Assembly: GCF_965229315.1 (NCBI RefSeq)
Contig: NZ_CBDDJA010000002.1
Coordinates: forward strand, 1,053,960 to 1,117,959
DNA length: 64,000 nucleotides
Source: Roseateles sp.
Lineage (GTDB): Bacteria; Pseudomonadota; Gammaproteobacteria; Burkholderiales; Burkholderiaceae_C
Direction: 5' to 3'
Shown one piece after another: positions 63,549 to 64,000 of the stretch (positions are counted from its first letter, which is position 1; each line of letters begins with the position of its first letter). The notes beneath the pieces are model-generated. The model was given only the letters and a program-made list of their open reading frames with translations, did no database searches and was not told where the DNA came from. The position numbers and the translations under genes were made by a program.

Positions 63549-64000
63549 CCTCGCTGCGCGTTTTCATCGTCGACGACGAACCTCTGGCCAGGCTGCGGCT
63601 GCGCGGCCTCATCGACGCCATCCAGGAGCCGCGCTGCGAGGTCGTCGCCGAGGCCGCCACCGGCTCCCAGGCTGCCACCTGGCTGCGCGAGCATGGCTGC
63701 GACGTCGTGCTGCTGGACGTGCAGATGCCTGGCGCCGACGGCCTGCAGTTCGCCGACGGCCTGGCCCAGCGCCCGCCGGGCGTGCCGGCGCCGCTGATCA
63801 TCTTCGTGACGGCGCATGCCATGCACGCGGTGCGCGCCTTCGAGCTGGAGGCGCTGGACTACCTCACCAAGCCCGTGCGCCGCGAGCGCCTGCAAGCCGC
63901 GCTGGCGCGCGCGGCGCAGCGCCTGGCCGAGCGCGCTGCGGCCCAGGCGCAGCAGCCGGCCGACCAGCCGGTGGCCTCGGACGCCGCCGCGGACTTCATC
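63545..64000 (+). CDS. algR: LytTR-family response regulator (partial; runs off window end)
   Basis: [19 protein letters not shown]...VVLLDVQMPGADG...DYLTKP receiver domain. The ATG overlaps the kinase stop. Confidence 0.85.
   Translation, partial: MTSLRVFIVDDEPLARLRLRGLIDAIQEPRCEVVAEAATGSQAATWLREHGCDVVLLDVQMPGADGLQFADGLAQRPPGVPAPLIIFVTAHAMHAVRAFELEALDYLTKPVRRERLQAALARAAQRLAERAAAQAQQPADQPVASDAAADFI

Overview
Chromosomal segment from a very GC-rich proteobacterium. Gene content and synteny look Burkholderiales/Comamonadaceae-like, but that is inference only. Everything here comes from reading the sequence and the supplied ORF track; no searches or computations were run.

Order of content:
- A partial DUF3034-like gene and apbC.
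- A tightly overlapping selenocysteine block: fdnG (in-frame UGA-Sec) -fdnH-fdnI-fdhE-selA-selB-tRNA(Sec).
- An orphan GcvH-like / DsrE-like / nitroreductase-like module.
- ureA, a 58-codon His-rich ORF, ureB and ureC.
- About 17 kb of mosaic accessory DNA: REP/REPIN repeats with their RAYT transposase, an intact IS3-family element with a 3-bp target duplication, an XRE regulator, secreted M13 and M3B peptidases, a PEP-CTERM protein behind a (CACCTG)7 repeat, transporters, regulators, a Doc/AbrB toxin-antitoxin pair and a TAT-amidase.
- The rest of the urease genes, ureE-ureF-ureG-ureD.
- Housekeeping and accessory genes: terC, a GlxA-type regulator, an isochorismatase, a ketopantoate-reductase-like gene, DUF962, YceI, and GNAT-mobA-moaA.
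- A phenylacetate catabolon: paaG-I-K-A-B-C-D-E, a TetR regulator, a binding protein and paaZ.
- An NlpC/P60 peptidase, an acyl-CoA synthetase, an M3A peptidase, a hemerythrin, argH, and an AlgZ/AlgR-like two-component pair (partial).

No obvious novel multi-gene system such as a defence island is visible. The most interesting signals are:
- the orphan lipoyl-carrier/DsrE/nitroreductase trio next to tRNA-Sec;
- the truncated HupE/UreJ-like mini-ORF inside the urease operon;
- the split urease cluster;
- several families of structured intergenic repeats, two of which show compensatory base changes between copies;
- the hexanucleotide repeat upstream of the PEP-CTERM gene.

The many long antisense ORFs in the track are treated as GC-driven shadow ORFs.
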